Positions 42,931 to 53,824 of a stretch of DNA of 64,000 nt are shown here, piece by piece. Under the pieces are notes generated by a model that was given only the letters and a program-made list of their open reading frames with translations, searched no databases and was not told where the DNA came from. Numbering within the stretch: the first letter of the stretch is position 1; every line of letters starts with the position of its first letter. The stretch spans positions 124,001-188,000 of the IMG/VR virus record IMGVR_UViG_3300027747_002221. One strand, given 5' to 3'. A program made the translations under genes and the position numbers.

Positions 42931-45900
42931 TTATGCCTGTGCTTCTGTCCAGCTGATACGAGCGTTAATGTTTGCTGGTACGCCTGCAGGAGACAAGTTT
43001 GTTGCACACAATGTAATCATATCAGGACCATCTGGATACTTACCTAGTAAAGTATTAGCCAGTAAAGATGTACCACCACCTAAAATACTTGTACCAATAT
43101 CTCTGGCCAATGACATATCCTGTTGAGTCGTACCTGAAGCATTCGTGAAGAATGAGAACATATTCTCACCGCCAACGATTGGAGTGGCATTAGCATGTAA
43201 AATATATTGTGCCAAGCTTGAACCACCGACGTTTTGCCAACGACCTTCTGCAGGAGTTCCGTTCAGAATAACCTCAATACGATAAGGTGATGTTGTCAAC
43301 GCATCCATTTGGCGTAGAACCAACTGCATACGATTATTAATTTCTCTTGCACCCATTAATCCTGTTAAACCGCTATCGACGCTAGGTGCAACTCGCAAGC
43401 TAATCATAGCATATCTGTTGTTTGTAGGTAAATTGGCAAGAGCAACGTTTTGACCAATGTTAAACACCAACGATTTATCGTCATCATATTTACCATCCAT
43501 AATTACAGATGAACCCCAGTGACTCATTGTAGAAGCAACTTGAGGCGAATACAATGATACTTGTGTTGGTGTATTTGAAGAATATGTAAATTGACTTGGA
43601 GTAATTGTGCCGCCAGCTGTTGCTCTGTTACCTATTGTTAATGCATTGCCTGTCTTTGCAGTATATGTGATATACTCAATATTAGCATTTCTATTTCCTG
43701 CCTGTTGTACAATTACTGTACCTACATTCGGGAAGTTATTTGCATCTAATACTGTTATAGTAGCACCTGTTGTAGCAGAGCTTGCTAATGTTGCGCCTAA
43801 TATTGTATATGGTGCATATGTAGATGTTTCATATCTTGAAGCCATATTACCAGAACGCATATAAGCTTCAGTATTAAAGTTATTATTAACAATACGATGG
43901 CAATATATTACCTCGCCTCTGTTATTTTTAACACCGAATCTAATAGCACCTGCACCATACCATGAGAAGTCCATGTACCACATCTGCATTCTTGATAAAT
44001 CAAGAGTGTATAAACTATGTCCTGTACCGTCTAATTTATCTATGTTCCATATGCTTTGCGGATACTTGGTATCTATTGTTTTACTTACTAAAGAGTTAAT
44101 TACGTTAACTCCTCTGTATTCTGGGAATATATTTAGAACAGTATCAGATTCAATAGATTGAATTTTATAACTTGTTCCTCTGATTACAATCATATCGCCA
44201 GGTTGTAGTTGAGTACCAAATTTAGTAGCATTACCTGTAACGATTATGTTACCTGTGTTGGCAGAAACCGTTCCAGTAATTTGTTGTGTACTAGATCTCT
44301 TAACACAATATATTTGTTGTCCATCATACTCAAAGAAGAAACCATTTTGTTCGTCAAACATACCTAATCTATTTCTTGAACCATACCATGAGTATGGAGA
44401 AACAACGATTGGGAATCCTGTTGTCGTTGTAGCACTTGGTGTAGTATTGCTTGTGTATGTTAGAGTCAATGGAGAAGGTGCACCTGTTACTGCCCATAAA
44501 CCATTATATCCTGATTCATTTACACCACTTACTGTAATGTTTGCACCAACACCTAAACCGTGAGGTACTTTAGTTAAAACTGTTACTGTTGTACCTGATG
44601 ATGTAATATTATCAGGTGTGATGGATGGTCTAAAAATAGAACCAGTACTAAATTGTACACCTTTACCTGATTGATAGCGGAAATATCTACGAGTTTGTCT
44701 TACAAACTGAGAGTTATGTGCTGGTAATTGATTTGTAAATTGAACACCACCGTCAAACGCTCTGTGCTGTACATAACCTGCTGGTCTCATATACAACGTA
44801 TTTGCTGCGGTATTTAGAGTTGCTGCACCTGCAGTCCAAGTAGTTCCAATGTAGCCGTTAGCAATTAAAGTGTTACTTGTTGGTGTGTTTGCCACATTCC
44901 AAATACCATTTAAACCTGTACTTGCTAGAACACCGACGCCTGTAACGCTTGATGTATTGGTAAGCATAATCTGATTGCCAGGTGTTAAACCGTGGGCATT
45001 GGTAGTGTTAACATAAATTACACCACCTGTAACTGATACGTTATTTACTGCAATCGCTGAATTAGAATAGAATGCACCTGCAAATACATATGTCTTAGTT
45101 GGGTCATATAAAATGTTAGATCCAACAACTGAACTTGGTAGACTCGTTACGGGAATAGTTGTTGTTCTATAAGAGAAACTTACGTTACCTGTAATCTGTT
45201 CAATAACGAACCAACCATCTGCATTTGCTGTGTCAAGTGTACCTTGAACATAAATTGGTTGACCAACATAAATGTTAGGAGAAATTGTATCTGCAATGCT
45301 AACAGTAATTTGTGTATTACCGCCACCTGAATGGAATACGTTAGAGATATTCAATTGACCAGGTTGCGCACCCCAAGTTGTAGTTGGGAAGTTAGGTAAG
45401 CCACCGTTAGCAGGTGGAATTCCAGGAGCAGGGGCATTTAAAAAGAATGCTGTTGGTCTGTTATTCATTAGGGAAATACTTTCCCACTTTGTTGGCTGTG
45501 TGCCATATTCAAAGTCTGTATCAATTAATGACTGAGGTTCCGAAACTCTCATCTTACCTACAGGATCAAGTTGTGATTCCGCAGGAGTTGTTTCTTGATA
45601 TGTCTCTTCAACTAAAATCGACAACTTATCTGTACTGCTCATTGCAGTAGTATTATACGCCAAAAGAATAGTTGTTGATTCTACGTTTGTACCTATACCA
45701 GGACCGCCTTGTGTAGCGGTCATGGCATTAACAAATGATGTAGCGGCCAAATTAGGATCGCTAAAGTTGTAGATTACAGTATTACGTGTTACGTTAGTAA
45801 TTAATAATAATTGTTCTCTGCGGATATTCTTACCATTTACAACAACTGTTCTTGTTGCCGGTGTAAATGTGTAACCTTCTAATATTACGTGCTTTGCCAT
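42931..45900 (-). CDS. Large virion structural/tail-fibre protein
   Basis: 989 aa; KMRVSEPQSLIDTDFEYGTQPTKWE, RQTRRYFRYQSGKG; repeated 'T..AHGL..G..I' beta modules. Confidence 0.65.
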   Translation of the reverse strand: MAKHVILEGYTFTPATRTVVVNGKNIRREQLLLITNVTRNTVIYNFSDPNLAATSFVNAMTATQGGPGIGTNVESTTILLAYNTTAMSSTDKLSILVEETYQETTPAESQLDPVGKMRVSEPQSLIDTDFEYGTQPTKWESISLMNNRPTAFFLNAPAPGIPPANGGLPNFPTTTWGAQPGQLNISNVFHSGGGNTQITVSIADTISPNIYVGQPIYVQGTLDTANADGWFVIEQITGNVSFSYRTTTIPVTSLPSSVVGSNILYDPTKTYVFAGAFYSNSAIAVNNVSVTGGVIYVNTTNAHGLTPGNQIMLTNTSSVTGVGVLASTGLNGIWNVANTPTSNTLIANGYIGTTWTAGAATLNTAANTLYMRPAGYVQHRAFDGGVQFTNQLPAHNSQFVRQTRRYFRYQSGKGVQFSTGSIFRPSITPDNITSSGTTVTVLTKVPHGLGVGANITVSGVNESGYNGLWAVTGAPSPLTLTYTSNTTPSATTTTGFPIVVSPYSWYGSRNRLGMFDEQNGFFFEYDGQQIYCVKRSSTQQITGTVSANTGNIIVTGNATKFGTQLQPGDMIVIRGTSYKIQSIESDTVLNIFPEYRGVNVINSLVSKTIDTKYPQSIWNIDKLDGTGHSLYTLDLSRMQMWYMDFSWYGAGAIRFGVKNNRGEVIYCHRIVNNNFNTEAYMRSGNMASRYETSTYAPYTILGATLASSATTGATITVLDANNFPNVGTVIVQQAGNRNANIEYITYTAKTGNALTIGNRATAGGTITPSQFTYSSNTPTQVSLYSPQVASTMSHWGSSVIMDGKYDDDKSLVFNIGQNVALANLPTNNRYAMISLRVAPSVDSGLTGLMGAREINNRMQLVLRQMDALTTSPYRIEVILNGTPAEGRWQNVGGSSLAQYILHANATPIVGGENMFSFFTNASGTTQQDMSLARDIGTSILGGGTSLLANTLLGKYPDGPDMITLCATNLSPAGVPANINARISWTEAQA

Positions 45901-45904
45901 TTCT

Positions 45905-46372
45905 TTAGTCTCCTAATACGACTCCACCCGCCGTAAACGGGTAACGTCTTGTTTGAATTGATCTACTGATGTTTCTGATAATTATTGAGCAATCGCTTCC
46001 CGGTGAAGGCGCTATGTAAAATACAATATTGTCATTTTCTACTCTATAACCTTGTCTAAATGAATCATATGGTGTTATCCAGGGCCAAGTTGTTTGCCCT
46101 ATATAAGGTTTAACGAGCTGACCTCCCATTGAAACATCTAAATCTTTTGAATCTAATATTGAAGTATTTATAACATTAGAAACAGTCGTTGTATCGACTG
46201 CTAATGTAAAAACTGTTTTATCTCCATCAAATTGAGGAGAGATATCATCCATTACTAAGGGTAATGCAAATCCATTTGCAGCAAGTGTACCGTCTGCTTG
46301 GACAGTTACAACTGCACCAACACTTGCCGTGTTGGGTACTTTAATTTGCGATAGTATTATTTGTGTTGACAT
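45905..46372 (-). CDS. Virion structural protein
   Basis: DDISPQFDGDKTVFTL. Confidence 0.6.
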   Translation of the reverse strand: MSTQIILSQIKVPNTASVGAVVTVQADGTLAANGFALPLVMDDISPQFDGDKTVFTLAVDTTTVSNVINTSILDSKDLDVSMGGQLVKPYIGQTTWPWITPYDSFRQGYRVENDNIVFYIAPSPGSDCSIIIRNISRSIQTRRYPFTAGGVVLGD

Positions 46373-46399
46373 AATAGTCTTCCGTTATTCTAATACTTA

Positions 46400-47296
46400 T
46401 TAGAATGTGATTGTACCTGAGCTATAGAATTTATATACAACATATCCGCCTGAAGATGTTACGACTACATTAGATCCTGTGGTACTTGCAGCAGAAAATT
46501 CTGTAGGATGACGTAAAACAACTATACCAGAACCACCTTGTCCAAATTGCCCAGCACCCGATTGTCCGCCACCTCCACCTCCACCTCCGCCGGTGTTAGT
46601 TAAACCATTATTAACTGCGCCGCCGCTTGAAGGTTGTCCTCGGCCACCGCCCCCCGCACCGCCATTTCCTCCGGGTGTGCCGTCGCCACTTCCCCCGCCG
46701 CCGCCGGCATAGGCAACATTTGCACCTGTAATTAAACTATATCTTCCGTCCCCACCGTTACCCACCGTTACACCGTTGCTACCTACAGCACCTGCGCCCC
46801 CTCCCCCGGCGCCAAAGCCGGCGGCGGTTCCACCTGCAAATCCTTCTACCGGAGTATAGCTACCTGCATTGCCCGGACCTGCCTGCCCAATAGTTTGATC
46901 GCCTGCTGATACATAACCGCCACCGCCGCCGCCGGATCCGCCTGATCTACCATGTCTGTTTGCAGGTGTGACAGAATATGTTCCTCCACCTCCACCTCCA
47001 GATGCGGTTATTGTGGAAAATACAGAATTTGTTCCGTTAGCTCCAAAAGTGGCTGCAGTAGTTCCCCCGGCACCTACGGTGACCGTTATTGGGGTTCCCG
47101 GGGTGAAATCACTATAACCTGTATTAGTTCTGTAGCCGCCGCCCCCACCTCCGCCACCTGCTGAATTACCGCCTGAGCCGCCCCCAGCAACAACTAAATA
47201 TTCTAATGTGAGGACAGAACGGAGAGGAACATTTGCCGAATTTAATCGGTTGTTAACATTATTAAAATTTCTTGCCGTATGGCGTTTTGTTGACAT
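46400..47296 (-). CDS. Glycine-rich (polyglycine II) adhesin-like protein 1
   Basis: EYLVVAGGGSGG...GGGGGGG...YAGGGGG...GGSGIVVLR...VYKFYSSGTITF. Confidence 0.75.
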   Translation of the reverse strand: MSTKRHTARNFNNVNNRLNSANVPLRSVLTLEYLVVAGGGSGGNSAGGGGGGGGYRTNTGYSDFTPGTPITVTVGAGGTTAATFGANGTNSVFSTITASGGGGGGTYSVTPANRHGRSGGSGGGGGGYVSAGDQTIGQAGPGNAGSYTPVEGFAGGTAAGFGAGGGGAGAVGSNGVTVGNGGDGRYSLITGANVAYAGGGGGSGDGTPGGNGGAGGGGRGQPSSGGAVNNGLTNTGGGGGGGGGQSGAGQFGQGGSGIVVLRHPTEFSAASTTGSNVVVTSSGGYVVYKFYSSGTITF

Positions 47297-47628
47297 TAGT
47301 ATATCTCTGAACCAAACAGATTAAAGGTTACGTTACCTTGTAACGAGTAAACTTGCACAGTATCTGTTGCATCCAAAGTCATACCAAGTGTTAATGCAAT
47401 TGCATCCTGTGCAGGTAATGCGGTATCATATGCAATATAGGCATTAGATGGTGTTGGGCTGGTACCTCTGGGAATTACTGCAATCCTAAATGTTACATTG
47501 GATTGAGATAAACTACATATATTTAATGTGGAAATAACTGCACTATTTCCTGCAGGTACGGTATATAATGTTGCATTTGCATTTGCTGCAGGAAAAGCCT
47601 GTCCTAGAATTTTATATTTAATTGTCAT
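47296..47628 (-). CDS. Virion structural protein
   Basis: YKILGQAFP...TLYTVPAG..AVISTLNIC. Confidence 0.62.
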   Translation of the reverse strand: MTIKYKILGQAFPAANANATLYTVPAGNSAVISTLNICSLSQSNVTFRIAVIPRGTSPTPSNAYIAYDTALPAQDAIALTLGMTLDATDTVQVYSLQGNVTFNLFGSEIY

Positions 47629-47638
47629 TTTTTTTTCC

Positions 47639-47794
47639 TTACATTCCCGCCAATAGGAATGGACTTAGTGTTTCTATTACAAGAACGGTTTGTCCTGAAG
47701 AATTAATGGTTACAGAGCCTCCACTAATTGTTGCATGAACCGCAGTAATTGCGTTTGCCGATAGTCCATCTTGTTGAATTTGTGTTAGAGCCAT
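47639..47794 (-). CDS. Small structural protein (51 aa)
   Basis: Manual: MALTQIQQDGLSANAIT...LSPFLLAGM; late promoter upstream. Confidence 0.6.
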   Translation of the reverse strand: MALTQIQQDGLSANAITAVHATISGGSVTINSSGQTVLVIETLSPFLLAGM

Positions 47795-47817
47795 TGTTTT
47801 CTCTTATGTTATACTTA

Positions 47818-47825
47818 TATTTATA
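47818..47825 (-). promoter_or_regulatory. Late promoter TATAAATA
   Basis: tatttata upstream of the 47794 operon. Confidence 0.72.
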
Positions 47826-48662
47826 TTAATTCAAATCTTTGTTCTTGATGGAAAAGACCGAACCTTTGTCTATTTCTATTGAATTCCTCAAATTTCTAAT
47901 TTTTGGTCTCCTTTTTTCGCTCTGTAGCATAGAGTTTGCCCCTATTACTAATAGAATAGCTAACGGATCAAACACTATGATTATGAGTAAAATCATCCAT
48001 GATACTGCTTTTTCCAATATACTTGTGTCCGTTGCCCCATACATAAATGCTGCAATATACTTTATAGGACCTACTTCGGCCTCGACCTTTCGTACTTCAG
48101 CTGCGATTGGCGCACGCTCCTCGCTAATGGCAGCAACAATTTTCTGTTCGGCTTGGATCTCAGACTGAAGCCTTGCACGTTCTTTCTGCTGGGCACGTCT
48201 AATAGTAACTGCCTTCTCCGCACCCGTTTCTGAACTGCTTCTTGCCATGACTTGGTCCACTGCCTCATCCATTTGTTTAAGAGCTTTACGGTTCGCATCA
48301 ATATTATCCTTTGCTGCTTTAATCTTTTCGTCATATATGGATATTTTTGCCAGCACGTCACCTGACACTAAATTTTGATCGCTATGGGCTTTGGATAAGA
48401 ATCCGAATATACCCATGGATGTTAGTAGGGATAAAACTACAACACTGGTAATAAAATACGTTTTCATCAATGTGTTTATTTTGTTCCATTGTCTATATAC
48501 GTAGGATGCTGTTACAAGTTTGCCCACTTCAAGAGCTGCGCCCATTATTAGAATAGGAGTTGGGCTAGCTGAAAAGATATAGGTCAATCCCATGATTGAA
48601 AAATATCCTGCTATACCTGAAATAGCTAAAGCTGTTCCCAATAATATAGCTGCAAAAATCAT
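47826..48662 (-). CDS. Membrane protein with central coiled coil
   Basis: Three N-terminal TM segments, coiled coil, EVGPIKYIA, IIIVFDPLAI TM. Confidence 0.72.
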   Translation of the reverse strand: MIFAAILLGTALAISGIAGYFSIMGLTYIFSASPTPILIMGAALEVGKLVTASYVYRQWNKINTLMKTYFITSVVVLSLLTSMGIFGFLSKAHSDQNLVSGDVLAKISIYDEKIKAAKDNIDANRKALKQMDEAVDQVMARSSSETGAEKAVTIRRAQQKERARLQSEIQAEQKIVAAISEERAPIAAEVRKVEAEVGPIKYIAAFMYGATDTSILEKAVSWMILLIIIVFDPLAILLVIGANSMLQSEKRRPKIRNLRNSIEIDKGSVFSIKNKDLN

Positions 48663-49300
48663 TGAGCCATTAACCTATCTACAAAATTTAACAGTAAGGC
48701 GTGATGCTCACCGTTATGGTATTTTCCTTTTAGCCAACTGTAACTATCATACCAAAATTGTTCGCTTTCAGGATGGCAACCTATAAGTCCTATGTTCTTT
48801 TGAATAATCGCCATCGCATCACCGTTTGCATAAGTAGCGATTGTTTTGTAGTTTCCATTACCAACCAGAGCACAACCATCGTAAAAAAACATCTTTGTGT
48901 CAATTCCATCCCAGTTGATTTCAATATTCTTAGCATGAGGTCTCCTTGTGTCAGTTTTTGGTTGCGTGATATATTGTACTGCATCCACTTTATTTAATAT
49001 GTTAAGATAATGACTACCTGCCCAATAGGCACCCATACAGATGCCTAGATATTTGCCGCCACGATTGACAAAATCAATAACACTAGTTTCGTTATGTTTG
49101 AATAAATTTTTGTAACTATTGCTATCCCCAATGCCGCCAGGAACAGCTATCATATCTACATCGTCAAAGAAATTATTTTCTAGTTTATTTTTGGAAAATA
49201 GTTTAAAACTATACTTATTCCCTAACGATTTCATAATACCATTGCCACTCTGCACTGAGCATTTTGGGTCATGGATAAATAATGCTATAGTTTTTTGCAT
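48659..49300 (-). CDS. BPL_N/class I glutamine amidotransferase-like protein
   Basis: VPGGIGD, YLGICMGAY (nucleophile Cys), GLIGCHPE. Confidence 0.8.
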   Translation of the reverse strand: MQKTIALFIHDPKCSVQSGNGIMKSLGNKYSFKLFSKNKLENNFFDDVDMIAVPGGIGDSNSYKNLFKHNETSVIDFVNRGGKYLGICMGAYWAGSHYLNILNKVDAVQYITQPKTDTRRPHAKNIEINWDGIDTKMFFYDGCALVGNGNYKTIATYANGDAMAIIQKNIGLIGCHPESEQFWYDSYSWLKGKYHNGEHHALLLNFVDRLMAQ

Positions 49301-49301
49301 T

Positions 49302-50057
49302 TTAAAATGGTTTCGTTGCGCTCTGTGTCACTGTGCCGTTGTTGGTGACAGTTTGTGTACTTGATGAATCTGTAGTAACAGCTGCACCCAACATTAAATA
49401 TTCAGTATATGCATCAATCGTTAGTTCTATACTGGGAGCTGATACTGTACTATTATTCGTATCATATCTTGCTTCACCTATAGTAACTCTAAAATTAGTT
49501 ATGTAACCGGGAAAATATCCACCATAGTATCTACCCACTTGATCAGATGAACCATACCAATCATACGAATCTATACAAGTTCCTGCAGGAAAACTAGTAG
49601 GATCAAAATTACCTGCTGCAAATGATGCACGATAGCATGTAACAGGTGCACCTGGACTACCCAATGTGCCTACATACATTGTTTCTAAACCATTGGGGTT
49701 GCGGTTTAAAATAATATATTGCCATGTGTTTGTTTGTAATGTTCCAGGAGACCAAGTATAAGTTATTGTGCCATGTCCGCCAGATACATCTAACATGATA
49801 TTATAATCATCAGTTGTAAATAGATGCATACCATATTCATTGGTAGTACCTAACCATCCCCTGGAAGTAAAATCGCTATTATTATAAAACCAGCCTTCTA
49901 TTGTAAAAGCTCCAGCGCTCATAGTTAAACCTGGATTTAAACTCAAATATTGATTGGTGCCGTTAAAACTTAAACTACCTCGTAGTGTGGGACCAGGGAG
50001 AGGCGGGGGAGGAGAAACTGTTATTCCTCCGTTAATTCTTGTCCCATTTATTAGCAT
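49302..50057 (-). CDS. LamG/concanavalin A-like domain virion protein
   Basis: SLSFNGTNQYL, FTIEGWF, WQYI, GYITNFRV. Confidence 0.82.
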   Translation of the reverse strand: MLINGTRINGGITVSPPPPLPGPTLRGSLSFNGTNQYLSLNPGLTMSAGAFTIEGWFYNNSDFTSRGWLGTTNEYGMHLFTTDDYNIMLDVSGGHGTITYTWSPGTLQTNTWQYIILNRNPNGLETMYVGTLGSPGAPVTCYRASFAAGNFDPTSFPAGTCIDSYDWYGSSDQVGRYYGGYFPGYITNFRVTIGEARYDTNNSTVSAPSIELTIDAYTEYLMLGAAVTTDSSSTQTVTNNGTVTQSATKPF

Positions 50058-50065
50058 ATATTTCC

Positions 50066-50746
50066 TTAGAACGGATTCAATGAAGAACTTGTTACAGCAC
50101 CATTATTAGTAATTGTTATATTATTTGTTGACGAATCTTTTAGGAAATTAGCATCATTCGAGGTGTTTAATAATAATTGGGTACCCCCGATTGCACTCAA
50201 TGGTGAGGTAGGGACAGTAATTGTTGATCCGATGTAAAGTGCTGTGCCGCTAACAATTCTAAAATTGCTTATACGACCATTAAAATAACCATTACCTTGC
50301 ACCGCACTATATGCAATATCAATTGATCTATTTGCTGTACTATTATATCCTATGCCACTTTGGGACATTACAGAAACTCCGTTTACATAAAGTGTAAGAG
50401 TTCCACTTGCTCTTACTAATGCAATATGATGCCAGGTCCCTACAGTTATTACTGTATTAGTAGCACTATTGCGTATACCGCCTTCACCAAAGTAGTAAAT
50501 ACCCCCATTACCATTAAGATCTACATTATCACGATCAGAACTAAAATACCACAAACGCCCAGAAAGATTATTGGGGTAAATCCAGGTTTCCATAGTAAAA
50601 TCGTTTGTTCCAAAAGCAAACGCAGAACTTGACGGGGTATTTAAATATTGACTTGTGCCATTAAAGGATAAACTACCCTGCAATACGGGGGCTGCCGGAG
50701 GAGAAATTGTCATTCCACCTTGTTGTCTCATTCCTGTTATTATCAT
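50066..50746 (-). CDS. LamG/concanavalin A-like domain virion protein
   Basis: SLSFNGTSQYL, DFTMETWIY, WHHIALVR...LYVNG, FNGRISNFRIV. Confidence 0.88.
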   Translation of the reverse strand: MIITGMRQQGGMTISPPAAPVLQGSLSFNGTSQYLNTPSSSAFAFGTNDFTMETWIYPNNLSGRLWYFSSDRDNVDLNGNGGIYYFGEGGIRNSATNTVITVGTWHHIALVRASGTLTLYVNGVSVMSQSGIGYNSTANRSIDIAYSAVQGNGYFNGRISNFRIVSGTALYIGSTITVPTSPLSAIGGTQLLLNTSNDANFLKDSSTNNITITNNGAVTSSSLNPF

Positions 50747-50750
50747 ACGG

Positions 50751-51695
50751 TTATCCGGTAAATGTTATCGTTCCTGGTCCAGTAAATGTATAATATACAT
50801 TGCCATTTGAAGTAGTAACAGTGTTACTACCTGTAATATTAGATGTTGCAGTAAAATATGCAGGATGTGCAAAAATAGCCACGCCTGATCCGCCAGCTCC
50901 GCTTGCCGATGTGGCGGTGTGTGCACCAGCACCACCTCCACCGCCGGTATTTACGTTACCGGCAACAGCCTGGAATGCTGTACCTGGCGGATTCTCTCCG
51001 CCGCTCCGTCCGCCTCCGCCGAGGCCACCGGGACTAGGAGCAACGGGAGAAAAACTATAATCTGCAGCTCCACCGCCGCCGCCGGCATAATAATTACCAT
51101 TTACCCATGCATTACCATCGCCGCCATATCCTTGTAATGTTCCAGTTTTTCCTGTAGTACCAGCGCCACCGCCCCCACCGCCATACTGTCCGCCACCTGT
51201 TCTTGAATTTCCTGGGGCGCCAGGATTTCCCTGTCCTGCTGTACCTGTACCGCCCGTATTGTTTGGGCCTCCACTACCTGCTGAATTTCCTGCACCTCCG
51301 CCCGATCCCCCGGGACGACCATTGTACTGTGGTGAGAAGTATCCTGTGCCGCCACCGCCACCGCCTGCAGCAGTTAATGTGCCTGTTAACGGAGAAGCTA
51401 AGATTGAGGGTGTACCGGGTTCGCCCCAGTTACCGCCATATGGCGCGCCAGCATTTCCTGCACCACCGCCACCTATTTGTGTAACGGCAAAGCTAGCAAA
51501 CACTCCTGTTGATAATACAAAACTGTTTGCAATATATCCACCTGCACCACCGCCGCCACCATAATAATTGGCACCTCCACCGCCGCCTCCGCCAACCAAT
51601 AGATATGATAATGTAAAGGGCGGGGGTGGGGGTGGCGGTGGTTCGATGTATTGTGCGCCGCCAGATAATACTGCGCCGCCTGTTAAAATTAACAT
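50751..51695 (-). CDS. Glycine-rich adhesin-like protein 2
   Basis: Leader + poly-Pro + polyglycine motifs; ends TFTGPGTITFTG. Confidence 0.75.
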   Translation of the reverse strand: MLILTGGAVLSGGAQYIEPPPPPPPPFTLSYLLVGGGGGGGANYYGGGGGAGGYIANSFVLSTGVFASFAVTQIGGGGAGNAGAPYGGNWGEPGTPSILASPLTGTLTAAGGGGGGTGYFSPQYNGRPGGSGGGAGNSAGSGGPNNTGGTGTAGQGNPGAPGNSRTGGGQYGGGGGGAGTTGKTGTLQGYGGDGNAWVNGNYYAGGGGGAADYSFSPVAPSPGGLGGGGRSGGENPPGTAFQAVAGNVNTGGGGGAGAHTATSASGAGGSGVAIFAHPAYFTATSNITGSNTVTTSNGNVYYTFTGPGTITFTG

Positions 51696-51704
51696 ATTAT
51701 TTCC

Positions 51705-52847
51705 TTAAAATAAGATTGTACCTGAGCTGGTAAATTGATAAACTCTATATCCACCACTTACTGTTATTGTAGGTGAGCCGGTAGTTGTAGTAGCTGCTGT
51801 GTAAGTATCAGGATAACGTATAATTACTATACCTTTACCGCCTGCACCGCTTGGACCACCGCCACCTCCGCCTCCACCGGTATTTTCTGCTCCGTCTAAT
51901 ATGCAGTTTGCAATGGCATTAGTTTGCCCTGGTTTTGCACCACCGCCGCCTGCGCCGCCATACCCTACTCTACGTCCTGCGCCGCCACCTGCATAATACC
52001 TACCTGTACTAGTAATTGCTACTCCTGTATTTGTAGCTGTACCGTTTACATTCATGTAATAAATACCTGTACTACCTGTACCCGTACCTCTTGCAATTAT
52101 ATACGAATTAGCTGGAATTCCGGTACCAGTAACTTGTGTACCTACATCAATTATTCCATCACTAACTGCGGTTACAGTTAATGTATTATTTGAGGAAAAT
52201 ACTGATGCTGTTCCAGTGAAAGGAATTGTTGCATTGCTTTTTACCCCAATGCCACCAAAGCCCTCTGTAGCGGCTGTGCCACCTTGACCACCTGCACCAC
52301 CACCACCCGAACCGTTATCGTTACTATTATTTGTACCGCAATCATATCCCTGGCCGGTAGTTCCTAAACCTTGTACACCCATAATTTGGGCGGCACCTCC
52401 ACCACTACCACCATTACCAACACCTTCTGTGTCATAACGGCGAGGCGAAGTGCCAGAGCTGTTTGGTCCGCCAGCGCCGCCACCAAGTGATGTAATTGTT
52501 GTTATACCACTACCAGATATGGACGAGTTACTACCTTTAAATCCGGAAGTTTCTTCACCATTTACGCTTGCACCACCTGCACCAACTGTAATAGTGTATG
52601 TTACATTTGAACTAATACCAGTTAAGACAGATTCTGCATTTGCACCTCTACCTGAAGATTCGCCGGCGATTGAAGAACGATATCCACCAGCACCACCGCC
52701 ACCTGAGCCAATTGCATCATATCCTCCACCGGAGCCGCCGCCTGCAACAACTATAAATTCTAACGTAGTAGGGGGAGGAGGTGGGGGAGGAGGTATATAT
52801 GTTGCGCCTCCAAATATTGTTGCTCCGCCTGTGATTGTAATTGGCAT
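51705..52847 (-). CDS. Glycine-rich adhesin-like protein 3 (with inserted domain)
   Basis: Same scaffold; extra segment of about 70 aa before YYAGGG. Confidence 0.75.
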   Translation of the reverse strand: MPITITGGATIFGGATYIPPPPPPPPTTLEFIVVAGGGSGGGYDAIGSGGGGAGGYRSSIAGESSGRGANAESVLTGISSNVTYTITVGAGGASVNGEETSGFKGSNSSISGSGITTITSLGGGAGGPNSSGTSPRRYDTEGVGNGGSGGGAAQIMGVQGLGTTGQGYDCGTNNSNDNGSGGGGAGGQGGTAATEGFGGIGVKSNATIPFTGTASVFSSNNTLTVTAVSDGIIDVGTQVTGTGIPANSYIIARGTGTGSTGIYYMNVNGTATNTGVAITSTGRYYAGGGAGRRVGYGGAGGGGAKPGQTNAIANCILDGAENTGGGGGGGGPSGAGGKGIVIIRYPDTYTAATTTTGSPTITVSGGYRVYQFTSSGTILF

Positions 52848-52859
52848 CTTATTTCCTAA

Positions 52860-53816
52860 TTAAAATGTGATTGTTCCTGAGCTGGTCCAAATATATATTC
52901 TATATCCACCTTCTATAATAACATTTGGACTGCCCGTAGTATTCGATGCGGCTGTGTATGTATCTGCATATCTAATAATAGCTACACCTTTTCCGCCGTT
53001 CCCTCCACTTGCTGATCCTGCTGGGTATGAAACTCCTCCACCACCACCGCCTGTGCCTGAAGTTCCATTTGTTCCTGGTATACTCGCGCCGGTGGCGCCT
53101 GCTCCGCCACCACCAGCTCCACCAGCTCCACCTGCGGCACTTGCTCCACCCCCACCGCCGCCGCCGGCGAAATATACATTACTGCCAACAACATTTCCTA
53201 TATTATAAGTTGTGGCTTGTGTTGTAGTAATGATTGTCGAAACTTTACCGATACCACCCGCTTTGCCTGTAGTGCCAACGCTCGCCCCGTCCTCACCTGC
53301 AGCACCTGCTCCACCTCCGCCTCCGCCTGAATAAGCTCCGCCAGTACCACCACGATTACCAAATCCTCCACTAGCACTAGTAGGTTGTAGTCCTGCCCCA
53401 TATGTGGTATGATCGGCTCCGTTCCACGATGCTCCGCCACCTGAACCACCTGCTGTGGCATTTGTATATGGACCATAAAAACCACCCGTGCCTCCACCAA
53501 TAGCTATAACATTACTCGAAGCCAAGATAGATGAGTTCGAACCATTATTGCCGCCGCCGCCGGTGCCGCTTACGCCTGTTCCACCTGCTCCAACAATTAC
53601 TGTTATGAGAGACCCTATGGTAATAGGTAATGCAGTATTTGCTACATATCCTCCTGCACCACCACCACCGCACCCTAAATTAGGAGCACTTGCGCCCGAA
53701 CCACCGCCAGCTACTACCAGATATTCTACTGAACTAAGTACCGGTGGAGGAGAAGGTGGAGGAGGTGTTAAATTAAATCCTGAAAGTGATACGCCGCCTG
53801 AGATTGTAATTGGCAT
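52860..53816 (-). CDS. Glycine-rich adhesin-like protein 4
   Basis: Same scaffold; ends WTSSGTITF. Confidence 0.75.
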   Translation of the reverse strand: MPITISGGVSLSGFNLTPPPPSPPPVLSSVEYLVVAGGGSGASAPNLGCGGGGAGGYVANTALPITIGSLITVIVGAGGTGVSGTGGGGNNGSNSSILASSNVIAIGGGTGGFYGPYTNATAGGSGGGASWNGADHTTYGAGLQPTSASGGFGNRGGTGGAYSGGGGGGAGAAGEDGASVGTTGKAGGIGKVSTIITTTQATTYNIGNVVGSNVYFAGGGGGGGASAAGGAGGAGGGGAGATGASIPGTNGTSGTGGGGGGVSYPAGSASGGNGGKGVAIIRYADTYTAASNTTGSPNVIIEGGYRIYIWTSSGTITF

Positions 53817-53824
53817 CTTATTTC